From Chloroflexota bacterium (GTDB lineage: Bacteria; Chloroflexota; Limnocylindria; P2-11E), in contig VBDQ01000017.1 of assembly GCA_005889075.1 (NCBI GenBank), positions 2,075-66,074 on the forward strand: 64,000 bases of DNA, written 5' to 3'. Below are positions 1 through 7,889 of this stretch, piece after piece. Position 1 is the first letter of the stretch, and every line of letters begins with the position of its first letter. The notes under the pieces were generated by a model. It was not told the origin of the DNA and searched no databases. It saw only the letters and a program-made list of their open reading frames with translations. Position numbers and translations under genes: made by a program.

Positions 1-999
1 CACCGTCGCGACCGTCTGCTCGGGTGACAGCTTCTCTGCAAGCGCAGTCGAGTCGCGCAGATCGGTGAACAGGATGGTCACTGTCTGACGCTCGCCCTCG
101 AGACGGAGGGGATCGCCCTGGATGACGCGCTCCACGACCACCGGCGGGAGAAAGCGCTCGAGGCCGCGACGCCGGTCGAGCTCGAGGAAGAGCGCGCCGA
201 GCGCGAGCGTGACCGAAATGAGCATGAGCCCGTGGTATTCCCACCAGGAGGGGGTCCAGACCGGCCCGAGGAACTGCGAGACCTGCGCTTGCGCGAGGAA
301 GAGGTAGGCGAAACCGAGCGCTCCCTGCAGCGGAAGACCGGTGCGGATGAAATCCCGGAGCTGCGCGATCGTCGCGAAGAGATAGAGCGCGACGACGAGT
401 CCCACGAGGGCGAAGGGAAGCCAGCCCGCGCCGCCGGTCACGTCGCCGGCGGCCGGCGCGCCGTAGCCGTAGGTCGAGGGGTCGTAGCCGGGCTGCGCGC
501 CGGTCTGCACGAGGATCCAATGCGCGATGCCGGTGAACGTGGCGGGCCACCCGAGGGCCACGGTCGCATATCCCGCGAGCGCGACGACGGTCGCGAGGGT
601 GAGCGCGCCAGCCTCGAGCCGACGCTCGAGCCAATCCGCCAGCGCCGTGTAGCGGATGGCGAAGAAGAGCGCCGCGACCGCGAGCGAGAGCTGGCCCGAC
701 ACGGCGACGACGAGGCTCGCCGCGGCGGCGCGATTGCCCTGCTGCAGGACATCTGGCGTGGAGAGACCGTGGACGGCGAAGATGCCGGCCATCGACGCGA
801 ATCCCAGGGCGACGAGCAGCGTGCGAAAGTGCGCGACCCCCAGCGCCGCGCGCGCGACGAGAAAGCCGACGAACGCGGCCACGATCGACACATTCGAGGT
901 GATCACGAAGTGCTCGAGCTTGATCACCCACGGCTGGTTGTGCGCCGGATCCGCAAGGAGCCACCACAAAAGCGCCGTCGGCGAAAGCGCGATGACCAT
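1..999 (-). CDS. membrane-anchored class III adenylate/guanylate cyclase, partial (C-terminus beyond left edge)
   Basis: Absent from the ORF track because it has no stop in the window. The minus-strand frame from ATG 999-997 gives about 290 aa of hydrophobic helices. It then reads VVERVIQGDPLRLEGERQTVTILFTDLRDSTALAEKLSPEQTVATV, the opening block of a class III cyclase catalytic domain. Confidence 0.7.
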   Translation of the reverse strand, partial: MVIALSPTALLWWLLADPAHNQPWVIKLEHFVITSNVSIVAAFVGFLVARAALGVAHFRTLLVALGFASMAGIFAVHGLSTPDVLQQGNRAAAASLVVAVSGQLSLAVAALFFAIRYTALADWLERRLEAGALTLATVVALAGYATVALGWPATFTGIAHWILVQTGAQPGYDPSTYGYGAPAAGDVTGGAGWLPFALVGLVVALYLFATIAQLRDFIRTGLPLQGALGFAYLFLAQAQVSQFLGPVWTPSWWEYHGLMLISVTLALGALFLELDRRRGLERFLPPVVVERVIQGDPLRLEGERQTVTILFTDLRDSTALAEKLSPEQTVATV

Positions 1000-1064
1000 C
1001 GCCGCGAGCGGCCGAGCTGGCGAGCGCACGGAGCGAGTCTACGAACGCGCGAGACGTCGGGTCG

Positions 1065-1445
1065 TCAGGCCGCTGAAGCGACGCGGGCGATCTTGGGCAG
1101 GAGCTCGGACAGATCGAATGGCTTCTCGATGACCTCCGCGGCGGCGAGAGTCTTGGCGTGCACCTTGAGGTCGCGCGCCGCCGAGAGCAGCACGAGCGGT
1201 ATGTCCTCCTCGCGCGCGCGAAGCTCCTTCACGAACTGCCATCCGTCCATCACGGGCATCATCAGGTCGAGGACGATCACGTCGGGATGGAACGTCCGCA
1301 TCGCCGCGAGCGCTTCCTGCCCATTCGCCGCGGGTACGCATTCGAAGCCTTCGTCCTCGAGCGCGGTGAAGAGCAGCTCTCGAATGTCCGGGTCGTCATC
1401 GACGACGAGCACACGTTTCCCCGCCACGTCGGCGGATGTTGCCAC
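1065..1445 (-). CDS. single-domain response regulator (CheY-like receiver)
   Basis: Track ORF 1065..1598 trimmed to in-frame GTG 1445, since the upstream gene stops at 1465. KRVLVVDDDPDIRELL...DVIVLDLMMPVMDG...EKPFDL gives the acidic pocket and phospho-acceptor Asp. No output domain. Confidence 0.85.
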   Translation of the reverse strand: MATSADVAGKRVLVVDDDPDIRELLFTALEDEGFECVPAANGQEALAAMRTFHPDVIVLDLMMPVMDGWQFVKELRAREEDIPLVLLSAARDLKVHAKTLAAAEVIEKPFDLSELLPKIARVASAA

Positions 1446-1464
1446 ACGAGTTCGGAGAAGGCGG

Positions 1465-1983
1465 TCAACCGAGCGGACGCGTTCCGCGCAGCGAAGCCGC
1501 GAAGACAGCAGGGATAAACACGATCCCGATGCTGAACAGCGCGACCCACAGCCAGATCGCCTCGATGTGGCACGCGATGCTCGCTGGACAGCCCTCAAGC
1601 GAGCGCTCGCGCTCGATCAGGAGCAGCGGGATCATCGCCGGCGACGCGACCACCGACGCCGCTGCGAACGTCGTGGCGATGGTGGCGATGCCCCGCTCGA
1701 TCCCGCCGGCGCGACGATCGATAACGCGCGCCTGCCAACGGGCCCAGAGGAAGGCGAGCACGCTCGCGAGCACCGCGAGGGTGACCGAGTAGGGAAAACG
1801 TTCGGTGAAACTTTTGTCTATGACGCGAGGAAGGGCAAGCTCACCAAGCGTGACCGCGGCCCAGTAGCCGAGCTTGATCGTGGTGATCCGGCCGACGAGG
1901 AGCGCGAGCGTTTTGTGCCGCGGAAGCGGCAGCGGCTCGCTCGCGACGGACCGGTCCACGAAGTCGCAGAATGCCATCCGCAA
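1465..1983 (-). CDS. hypothetical integral membrane protein
   Basis: Track ORF of 172 aa with several hydrophobic helices (VTLAVLASVLAFLWA, IWLWVALFSIGIVFIPAVFA). Same strand as the receiver gene and 19 nt upstream of it. No family recognised. Confidence 0.5.
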   Translation of the reverse strand: MRMAFCDFVDRSVASEPLPLPRHKTLALLVGRITTIKLGYWAAVTLGELALPRVIDKSFTERFPYSVTLAVLASVLAFLWARWQARVIDRRAGGIERGIATIATTFAAASVVASPAMIPLLLIERERSLEGCPASIACHIEAIWLWVALFSIGIVFIPAVFAASLRGTRPLG

Positions 1984-1994
1984 GGGGGGAGAGC

Positions 1995-2414
1995 ATGAAA
2001 TTCCAAGGACTGCTGATCGGATCGGAAGACCCGCGCCCGCTCAAGGACTACTACACGAAGATCTTCGGCCAGCCGCCGTTTGAGGACGGGGGTTACTTCG
2101 GATGGCAGCTCGGCGAGGCGATGGTCACCTTCGGGCCGCATGACCAGGTGAAGGGTCAGAACCGCGAGCCGGGCCGAGTGCTCTGGAACCTCGAGTCATC
2201 CGACGTCAAGGCTGACTTCGAGAAGCTCCGCCGGGCTGGTGCGACTGTCGTCCGTGAGCCCTATCGCCCGGGAGACGATGACGATGGAGATTTCTGGATC
2301 GCTACGTTCTCGGATCCCGACAACAACTACTTCCAGCTCATGAGCCCGATGCCGGAGGCTAGCGGTAGTTCGTCCACCACTTCTGCAGGAAGTACATCAG
2401 GGCGAGGAGGATGA
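1995..2414 (+). CDS. glyoxalase/bleomycin-resistance (VOC) family protein
   Basis: ATG 1995 is preceded by GGGGGAGAG. MKFQGLLIGSEDPRPLKDYY...FWIATFSDPDNNYFQLM has a VOC-fold-like layout. The low-complexity tail overlaps a minus-strand small ORF. Confidence 0.75.
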   Translation: MKFQGLLIGSEDPRPLKDYYTKIFGQPPFEDGGYFGWQLGEAMVTFGPHDQVKGQNREPGRVLWNLESSDVKADFEKLRRAGATVVREPYRPGDDDDGDFWIATFSDPDNNYFQLMSPMPEASGSSSTTSAGSTSGRGG

Positions 2415-2469
2415 ACACGGTCACGAGGACCATGTAGAACTCGGTCGCTTCGCTGACTTCGGTGATCAC
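2359..2469 (-). CDS. 36-codon single-TM ORF coupled to the cytochrome c gene (candidate small complex subunit)
   Basis: GTG 2469-2467 overlaps the cytochrome c TGA (2468-2466) as GTGA. It reads MITEVSEATEFYMVLVTVFILLALMYFLQKWWTNYR and stops at TAG 2361-2359. Third codon positions are GC-rich. It is below the track's 60-aa cut-off. A 56-nt overlap with the convergent VOC gene tail lowers confidence. Confidence 0.4.
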   Translation of the reverse strand: MITEVSEATEFYMVLVTVFILLALMYFLQKWWTNYR

Positions 2470-3587
2470 TTCAGGGTGTTCAGGTACTCAACGATCGCCT
2501 TGATCTGATCGTCGTTCAACTGGCCACCGTATGCGGTGCCGAATACGGGCATGACGATGCCGGGCTTGATCGACGGCGCGTTCTGGATCCAATGGAGGAG
2601 CCAGTCCGCGTCGCCGGCGGCCTTCTTCGCCTTGTTCTCGGCGTTGAGTGGGCCCTCCGTGCCGTAGTGGCCGAGGTTCGGTGCCTGGGGAAGGGTGCTC
2701 GGCTTCGACGGATCGAAGCTATGGCAGCTGATGCAGGGCGCCTGCGAGTTGCTCTGGGTCAGGGTCCTGCCGAGATCGGCGCCGGTCTGGATCACGGGCT
2801 TCGGCGGGTTCGGTGTGAGCGGCAGGTGTCCGTCCTCGGTGCCGGGCGTGTGCTGTCGCACCGTGACGACGTCGGCCCAGTCGGCGTCGGTGCCGTACAT
2901 GATGAAATTGATCAGCTGCTGGATCTGCTCGTCGTTGAGCGGTCCGCCATCGGTCGTGCTCCACGCGGGCATCGAGATCGCAGGTGGCGTCTTTGCGCGC
3001 CCGCGCTCGATCGTGAGCGTGATCAGGTCGGTCGTCGACTTGAGCGTCGTCGGATCGTTCTTGATGTTCTCGTACTTGAACTGTGGCCGGTTCAAGGGAA
3101 GCCCGGGGAGGCCGGCCTGGTTCGGATCGGTGCTCCCCAGACCGGTCTTGCCGTGACAGTCGAAGCAAAAGTTCGCGTACAGGTTGCGGCCGCGCTCGAT
3201 CGACTGGTCGAGCTGGTGCGTCTCGGCGAGCTTGTCGCGCCAGCGCTCGCTCGAGGCATCCGCGCGCACGACCATGAGCGTGAAGAAATAGCCGCCGACG
3301 AGGGCGAAGATCCCGAAGAGCATGGCCGCGCCGAGGATGATCTTCTTGTCGAGGTTCGCGCTGATCTCGAGGGGGTCCGGCGCGGCGGGGATCGGCGCGA
3401 CGTAGTACGGGGTGGGCTGCTCCACCGTTTGGCCCGGTGCGTAGTGCTGCTCGATGAGCTCGGCACCGGTCGGCTCCCTGGGCTCCATCGACTGCTGATG
3501 GAAGACGAGGAAGCCGAAGAACCCGACGAACGCGAGGAACAGCAACAGGCTGACCGCGGCGAGGACGAAGTTCGCGTCGAAGGTCAC
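2466..3587 (-). CDS. membrane-anchored dihaem cytochrome c
   Basis: Track ORF 2466..3827 trimmed to GTG 3587 (GTGA overlap with the Rieske stop). Two TM helices (FVLAAVSLLLFLAFVGFFGFLVF, ILGAAMLFGIFALVGGYFFTLMVV). Two CxxCH motifs (CFDCHGK, CISCHSF). Confidence 0.85.
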   Translation of the reverse strand: MTFDANFVLAAVSLLLFLAFVGFFGFLVFHQQSMEPREPTGAELIEQHYAPGQTVEQPTPYYVAPIPAAPDPLEISANLDKKIILGAAMLFGIFALVGGYFFTLMVVRADASSERWRDKLAETHQLDQSIERGRNLYANFCFDCHGKTGLGSTDPNQAGLPGLPLNRPQFKYENIKNDPTTLKSTTDLITLTIERGRAKTPPAISMPAWSTTDGGPLNDEQIQQLINFIMYGTDADWADVVTVRQHTPGTEDGHLPLTPNPPKPVIQTGADLGRTLTQSNSQAPCISCHSFDPSKPSTLPQAPNLGHYGTEGPLNAENKAKKAAGDADWLLHWIQNAPSIKPGIVMPVFGTAYGGQLNDDQIKAIVEYLNTLK

Positions 3588-4126
3588 TCCGTGATCTCCA
3601 GGTCCTTCGGGTTCCAGGCGTTCGCCGCGCGTGTGAGCACGTTGAGCGGGTTCGTGTCCACGATGAGCGTTCCGTTCGTGTCGGCGATGTGGAAGAGGTC
3701 GAGCGGTCGCGGCGCAGGCCCGCCGAGCACCACCGCGGTGTGCTTGTCGTAGAGGGAGCCGTGGCACGGGCAGTGGAAGCGGTCCTCGGCCGCGTTCCAG
3801 GGCACGCTGCAGCCGAGGTGCGTGCACTTGCGATAGGCGGCGGCGATGCCGCCCGGAGCGTGCAGCAGGAAGAACTTGCCCTCGATGTTCAGGATCGGCG
3901 TGTCGTTCGACGACTTGAACTGCGAGAGCACCGTGGCCTTCGCGCCGACCGGGATCTTCACGCCGAGGCCGACGATCTTGTTGACCCGGAAGAACGGCAC
4001 GATGATCGCGGTCAGCTCGACGGTCGCGAGGATCGTGCCGGTGAGAAAGCCCAACCGCAGCAGCTGCCGGCGCTTGATCCGGCCGATGAGCCCGGCGACG
4101 GTCGTGTCGGTGTGCGGCCGGATCAC
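3584..4126 (-). CDS. Rieske [2Fe-2S] iron-sulfur subunit
   Basis: Trimmed to GTG 4126, 5 nt after the upstream TAA. KRRQLLRLGF twin-arginine-like N-terminus plus a TM helix. CTHLGC ... CPCHGS Rieske boxes. Confidence 0.9.
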   Translation of the reverse strand: MIRPHTDTTVAGLIGRIKRRQLLRLGFLTGTILATVELTAIIVPFFRVNKIVGLGVKIPVGAKATVLSQFKSSNDTPILNIEGKFFLLHAPGGIAAAYRKCTHLGCSVPWNAAEDRFHCPCHGSLYDKHTAVVLGGPAPRPLDLFHIADTNGTLIVDTNPLNVLTRAANAWNPKDLEITE

Positions 4127-4131
4127 TTCAC

Positions 4132-4920
4132 TTAGCCGTGCGGCGCGTAGCACTGGCTCGTGGCCGGCACCGACCACGGCGTAAAGAGATCCATGCCCGG
4201 CCCGCGCATGGACGTACCCACGACCGTGAGCACGAGATACACGGAGATGAAGCCGGTGAAGATCGCGATCATCCACTCACGCGTGTTCGCGTCCCAAATG
4301 CGTTGCACGATGATCACCAAAAGGACCGAGAGCCCGATCATGATCACGATCGGGATGACGTAGTTCGGTAGCAGCTGCTTGCCGCCGGGGAAGTACTCGC
4401 TCGCGAACTCGATGTAGCCGTGGGCCTTCAGGAAGGCATCGAGCAGGATGAGCGAGAAGCAGAGGAGCGTCGCGTAGGCCGCGGCGAAGATCGTGATGCG
4501 CAGGCCGTTCTTGCTGGTAAACCAGATGCCGACGCCCTCGCGGCTGCGATCGATGTAGGGGATCGTCGCCATGAACACGAGCCAGAGCGTTGGCACGACC
4601 ACGCCGGCAAGTCCCTTGTCCATGTGGAGCAGGAGCTCCTGCAGGTTGAGCAGGTACCAGGGCGCCTTCGAGGGGTTCGGCGTGCAGTCCGGCGTCTGGT
4701 GGTCCTGGAGCGGCGCGTTGAACGCCGCCGAGATGACGAAGAGCCCGATCGACCAGAGCATCGCGGCGATGAACTCGATGACGAGCAGATGTGGCCAGAC
4801 CATCGCCGTGTCCTCGACGCGCTTGTCGACGCGCACCACCGAGTCCTGGCGCACGAACGCGAGCAAGCGAAGCCGCTTCTCCTGTCCCGGAAATGGTTGA
4901 GGACCGCGGGGAGTCGTCAT
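4132..4920 (-). CDS. cytochrome b C-terminal domain / subunit IV-like protein
   Basis: ATG 4920. Multi-TM protein. NPSKAPWYLLNLQELLLH aligns with the Qo-site PEWY loop of cytochrome b C-terminal domain / PetD-type proteins. Confidence 0.85.
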   Translation of the reverse strand: MTTPRGPQPFPGQEKRLRLLAFVRQDSVVRVDKRVEDTAMVWPHLLVIEFIAAMLWSIGLFVISAAFNAPLQDHQTPDCTPNPSKAPWYLLNLQELLLHMDKGLAGVVVPTLWLVFMATIPYIDRSREGVGIWFTSKNGLRITIFAAAYATLLCFSLILLDAFLKAHGYIEFASEYFPGGKQLLPNYVIPIVIMIGLSVLLVIIVQRIWDANTREWMIAIFTGFISVYLVLTVVGTSMRGPGMDLFTPWSVPATSQCYAPHG

Positions 4921-4956
4921 GCGCTATTCGCGAGCGCGGGCCGCGCGTTCGCGAGG

Positions 4957-5069
4957 GGGCGGCATGTTGTCTCGCGACGAGCGTCTGCGCCCAGCGCGCC
5001 CGACCGGTTCGCGCGCCGCACATCGGCGGGCGCGCGTAGCCAGCAGCGAGGAGCGAGACCATGCCGCCC
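4957..5069 (-). promoter_or_regulatory. intercistronic nested stem-loop between the cytochrome b6-like and subunit IV-like genes
   Basis: Arm 4957-4975 (GGGCGGCATGTTGTCTCGC) pairs with arm 5053-5069 (GCGAGACCATGCCGCCC) as 10 bp + 2-nt bulge + 7 bp. A nested 9-bp pair, GCGCGCCCG (4994-5002) / CGGGCGCGC (5027-5035), lies inside. Function is inferred only. Confidence 0.35.
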
Positions 5070-5113
5070 GCGAGCGGACAGCGCGGCCGCGGAAGCGAAG
5101 AAAACTGGACGAC

Positions 5114-5845
5114 TCACAGCGGTCCGGTGATGCCGCCGTCTTTGCGGATGCGCCAGAAATGGATCGCGATCAGGAAGCCGACGGCGAGCGGTAAGGCGAC
5201 GACATGCAGCACGTAGAAACGTAGTAATGCATTCGGCCCGAGCTGGAACCCGCCGAAGAGGACGAAGCTGAACTCGTCGCCGATGAAGGGCGTCGCGCGG
5301 GCGATCTCATATCCGACCGTGACCGCCCAGAACGAGAGCTGGTCCCAGGGGAGCAGGTATCCCGTGTAGGAGAGCAGGATCGTGAAGAAGAAGAGCAGCG
5401 TGCCGATGACCCAGTTGAACTCGCGCGGGGGCTTGTACGAGCCGGTGTAGAAGACGCGGATCATGTGCAGGAAGACGGTGATGACCATGCCGTGCGCGGC
5501 CCAGCGGTGCATGTTCCGCAGGAGCTGACCGAAAATGACGACGGTCTCGAGATCCTTGATGTCCGAATAGGCCCACTCGGTCGTCGGCCGGTAATAGAAC
5601 ATCAGCAGCGTTCCGGTCAGGGTGAGGACGAGGAAGAGGAAGAACGAGAGCCCGCCCATGCACCACGTGTAAGGGATCGCGAGCGCGTGCCGCCGCACCT
5701 TGACCGGGTGCAGGTGCAGGAAGACATTGGTGAAGACCGCGAGAGATTGGTTCTTCCGCGAGTCCGGATATCCGTGACGAAATAGCGACCGCCATATGTA
5801 GCTCGTCTTCGTCCGCTGCCAGATCTGGGCCGGTATCTCGAGCAC
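5114..5845 (-). CDS. cytochrome b6-type (N-terminal, 4-helix) cytochrome b
   Basis: Trimmed to GTG 5845-5843 (TAGTG overlap with the upstream stop). YTWCMGGLSFFLFLVLTLTGTLLMFYYRPT aligns with b6 FYCLGGIT...FYYRPT, including the Cys that binds haem ci in b6f. Bis-His pairs are HRWAAHGMVITVFLH (13 residues between) and HVVALPLAVGFLIAIH (14 between, b6-type spacing). Confidence 0.9.
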   Translation of the reverse strand: MLEIPAQIWQRTKTSYIWRSLFRHGYPDSRKNQSLAVFTNVFLHLHPVKVRRHALAIPYTWCMGGLSFFLFLVLTLTGTLLMFYYRPTTEWAYSDIKDLETVVIFGQLLRNMHRWAAHGMVITVFLHMIRVFYTGSYKPPREFNWVIGTLLFFFTILLSYTGYLLPWDQLSFWAVTVGYEIARATPFIGDEFSFVLFGGFQLGPNALLRFYVLHVVALPLAVGFLIAIHFWRIRKDGGITGPL

Positions 5846-7875
5846 TAGTGCTTGACGAGCTCCTTCTCTTTGACCTCGCCCGCGTGTCCGTCGCCATTTG
5901 GACCGTGCCCGTTCATCACCGGCTTGTACCCGACCGCGAGAGCCGGATCGTATTGCGGCAGAGGCCGCGCCGCTTTCTTCGCCGCGACCGTCAGGTCGAG
6001 ATGGATCTCGTCGTCGATCGATTCCTTCGGCAGGACATTGCCGACCGCGGGCATGACCGTGCCGTACCGGTTCATCGTGATCGCATCCGTCGGGCACCGG
6101 ATGATGCAGAGCGCGCAGCGGATGCACGCGGTCTCGTCGAGGAAGAACGCGACGCCGTTATCCCACTTCTTCGCCGCGGCCACGCCTGGGATGGAGCCGT
6201 CGTCGACGATGTCGCTCATGTCGACCATATGGATCACGTCCATCGGGCAGACGTCCACGCAGCCGCCGCAGATGATGCAGAGCTCGCCGATGATCTCGAT
6301 GTTGAAGTTGCACTTGAGGCAACGGTCGGACTCGGCGATCGCCTGCGCCTCGGTGTAGCCCTGGTTCACCTCGAGGAAGAGACCGCGGCGCTCCTGCTTG
6401 GTGAGCTTGGGCATCTCCTGCCGCGGGATGCGGTCGTAGTCGACGGACATGTTGTGGTAGACGCGGGCGAGCTCGCCCTCGAGAGCGATCATCCCGATGT
6501 TGTCCGGCGTCGACGACCGCCGGAGCGTGACCACCTCGTGGTACTCGGGCACGTTCACGGCGACCGCGTTGTCGTCGAGGAAGCGCGCGATCTGCTGCGC
6601 GGCCGAGCGGCCGTCGGCGACGGCCTCGATGATGGTCGACGGCGCCGTGCGGTAGTCACCGGCGATGAAGATCTTCGGGACGACGGTCTGGTAGGTCTCT
6701 TTGTCGACCTTGATCTCGGTCCAGCGCTTTACGCGGAACTCGGGGAAGTCCTGCGCGAGCCAGGTCGTATCCGGCGCCTGGCCGAGCGCGAGCAGCACGT
6801 TCTCACACGGAATCTCGAACTCGGAACCCTCGATCGGCTCGGGCGTGCGACGTCCTGACTTGTCAGGCTCCCCGAGCTTGTTGCGCACGAACTTCACCGC
6901 GCGCACGTGACCCTTGCCGTCGGCAAGGACCTCGACCGGGGACGCAAGGTAGACGAACTCCATGCCTTCGCGCTCGGTCTCCGTGAGCTCTTCCTCGTCC
7001 ACGACCATTTCGTCGCGGCTGCGCCGGTACACGATGTAGACCTGCTCGGCGCCCAACCGCCACGAGGTGGAGGCGCAGTCCATCGCGGTGTAGCCACCGC
7101 CGAGCACCACGACGCGCTTACCCACCTCGACCGGACGCCCGCGATACGCGCGCTCGAGGAACACGATGCCCGCCATGACGCCGGCGGAGTCTTCGCCCGG
7201 GATGCGCGGGTAGTTCGGCTCGAAGCAACCCGCTGCGACAAGCACCGCGTCGTACTCGTCGTGCAGCTGCCGCAGCGAGACATCGCGGCCGACATACGTC
7301 GACAGGCGGAGCTCGACGTTTTCGTTGACGACGCCGTTGATGTCGCGGTCGATGACCTCGCGCGGCAGCCGGAACGGCGGCACGCCCGCGAGCTGCGTTC
7401 CTCCAGCCTGGTCGAGGGCGTCGTAGACGGTGATGCCGAAGCCGAGCTTCGAAAGGTCGCTCGCGGCGGCGAGCCCGGCGCAGCCCGCGCCGATGATCGC
7501 CACCTTGCCGCGCGGCGGTCCGAACACCGGCGCGGGCGGCTGCGTGTACGAGTGGCCGTCGACCCGCACGTTCTGGTGCGTCCAGTCGGACAGGAACTTC
7601 TTCACGTAGCGGATCGAGAGGGGCTTGTCGACCTCTTTGCGCCGGCACGCCGTCTCGCACGGCGCGGCGCACACCGAACCGCAGATCGACGCCATGGGGT
7701 TCGGATCGAGCGCGAGCTCCCAGCCCTTCTCGAACTCACCCGCCGCGGCGAGATTCAAGTACCCGCGGCAATTCGTCTTGACGGGGCAGGCCTCCTGGCA
7801 CGGGATGTTGTCCTGATACCAGCCGGGACCTACCTCTACGACCTGGTAGAGCTCTCTCATCGGGGCTTCGGTCAT
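5845..7875 (-). CDS. GltD/NfnB/SudA-like NAD(P)H-dependent FAD oxidoreductase fused to a 2x[4Fe-4S] ferredoxin domain
   Basis: ATG 7875 (the track starts at 7905). N-terminal Cys clusters PCQEACPVKTNC and ICGSVCAAPCETAC. Dinucleotide folds KVAIIGAGCAGLAAA and RVVVLGGGYTAMDCA, plus IFIAGDY. C-terminal CIICGGCVDVCP and CIRCALCIIRCP. No TM helix. Confidence 0.85.
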   Translation of the reverse strand: MTEAPMRELYQVVEVGPGWYQDNIPCQEACPVKTNCRGYLNLAAAGEFEKGWELALDPNPMASICGSVCAAPCETACRRKEVDKPLSIRYVKKFLSDWTHQNVRVDGHSYTQPPAPVFGPPRGKVAIIGAGCAGLAAASDLSKLGFGITVYDALDQAGGTQLAGVPPFRLPREVIDRDINGVVNENVELRLSTYVGRDVSLRQLHDEYDAVLVAAGCFEPNYPRIPGEDSAGVMAGIVFLERAYRGRPVEVGKRVVVLGGGYTAMDCASTSWRLGAEQVYIVYRRSRDEMVVDEEELTETEREGMEFVYLASPVEVLADGKGHVRAVKFVRNKLGEPDKSGRRTPEPIEGSEFEIPCENVLLALGQAPDTTWLAQDFPEFRVKRWTEIKVDKETYQTVVPKIFIAGDYRTAPSTIIEAVADGRSAAQQIARFLDDNAVAVNVPEYHEVVTLRRSSTPDNIGMIALEGELARVYHNMSVDYDRIPRQEMPKLTKQERRGLFLEVNQGYTEAQAIAESDRCLKCNFNIEIIGELCIICGGCVDVCPMDVIHMVDMSDIVDDGSIPGVAAAKKWDNGVAFFLDETACIRCALCIIRCPTDAITMNRYGTVMPAVGNVLPKESIDDEIHLDLTVAAKKAARPLPQYDPALAVGYKPVMNGHGPNGDGHAGEVKEKELVKH

Positions 7876-7889
7876 GCTACCGGCGCGTA

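Noticed and set aside
232-1998. 588-aa plus-strand ORF spanning the cyclase, receiver and membrane-protein genes
   Set aside because: It is an Arg/Glu/Asp/Gly-rich low-complexity translation with no motifs. It lies antisense to three minus-strand genes that have clear domain signatures, a typical long spurious ORF in high-GC DNA.
2466-3827. Long N-terminal versions given by the ORF track (also 3584..4276, 5114..6127, 27554..28876, 38496..40823, 54999..56510, 20525..21766, 53161..55002)
   Set aside because: The extra N-terminal parts overlap the preceding well-supported gene and are Arg/Pro-rich. In each case an in-frame ATG/GTG/TTG sits exactly at or next to the upstream stop codon and begins the recognisable domain.
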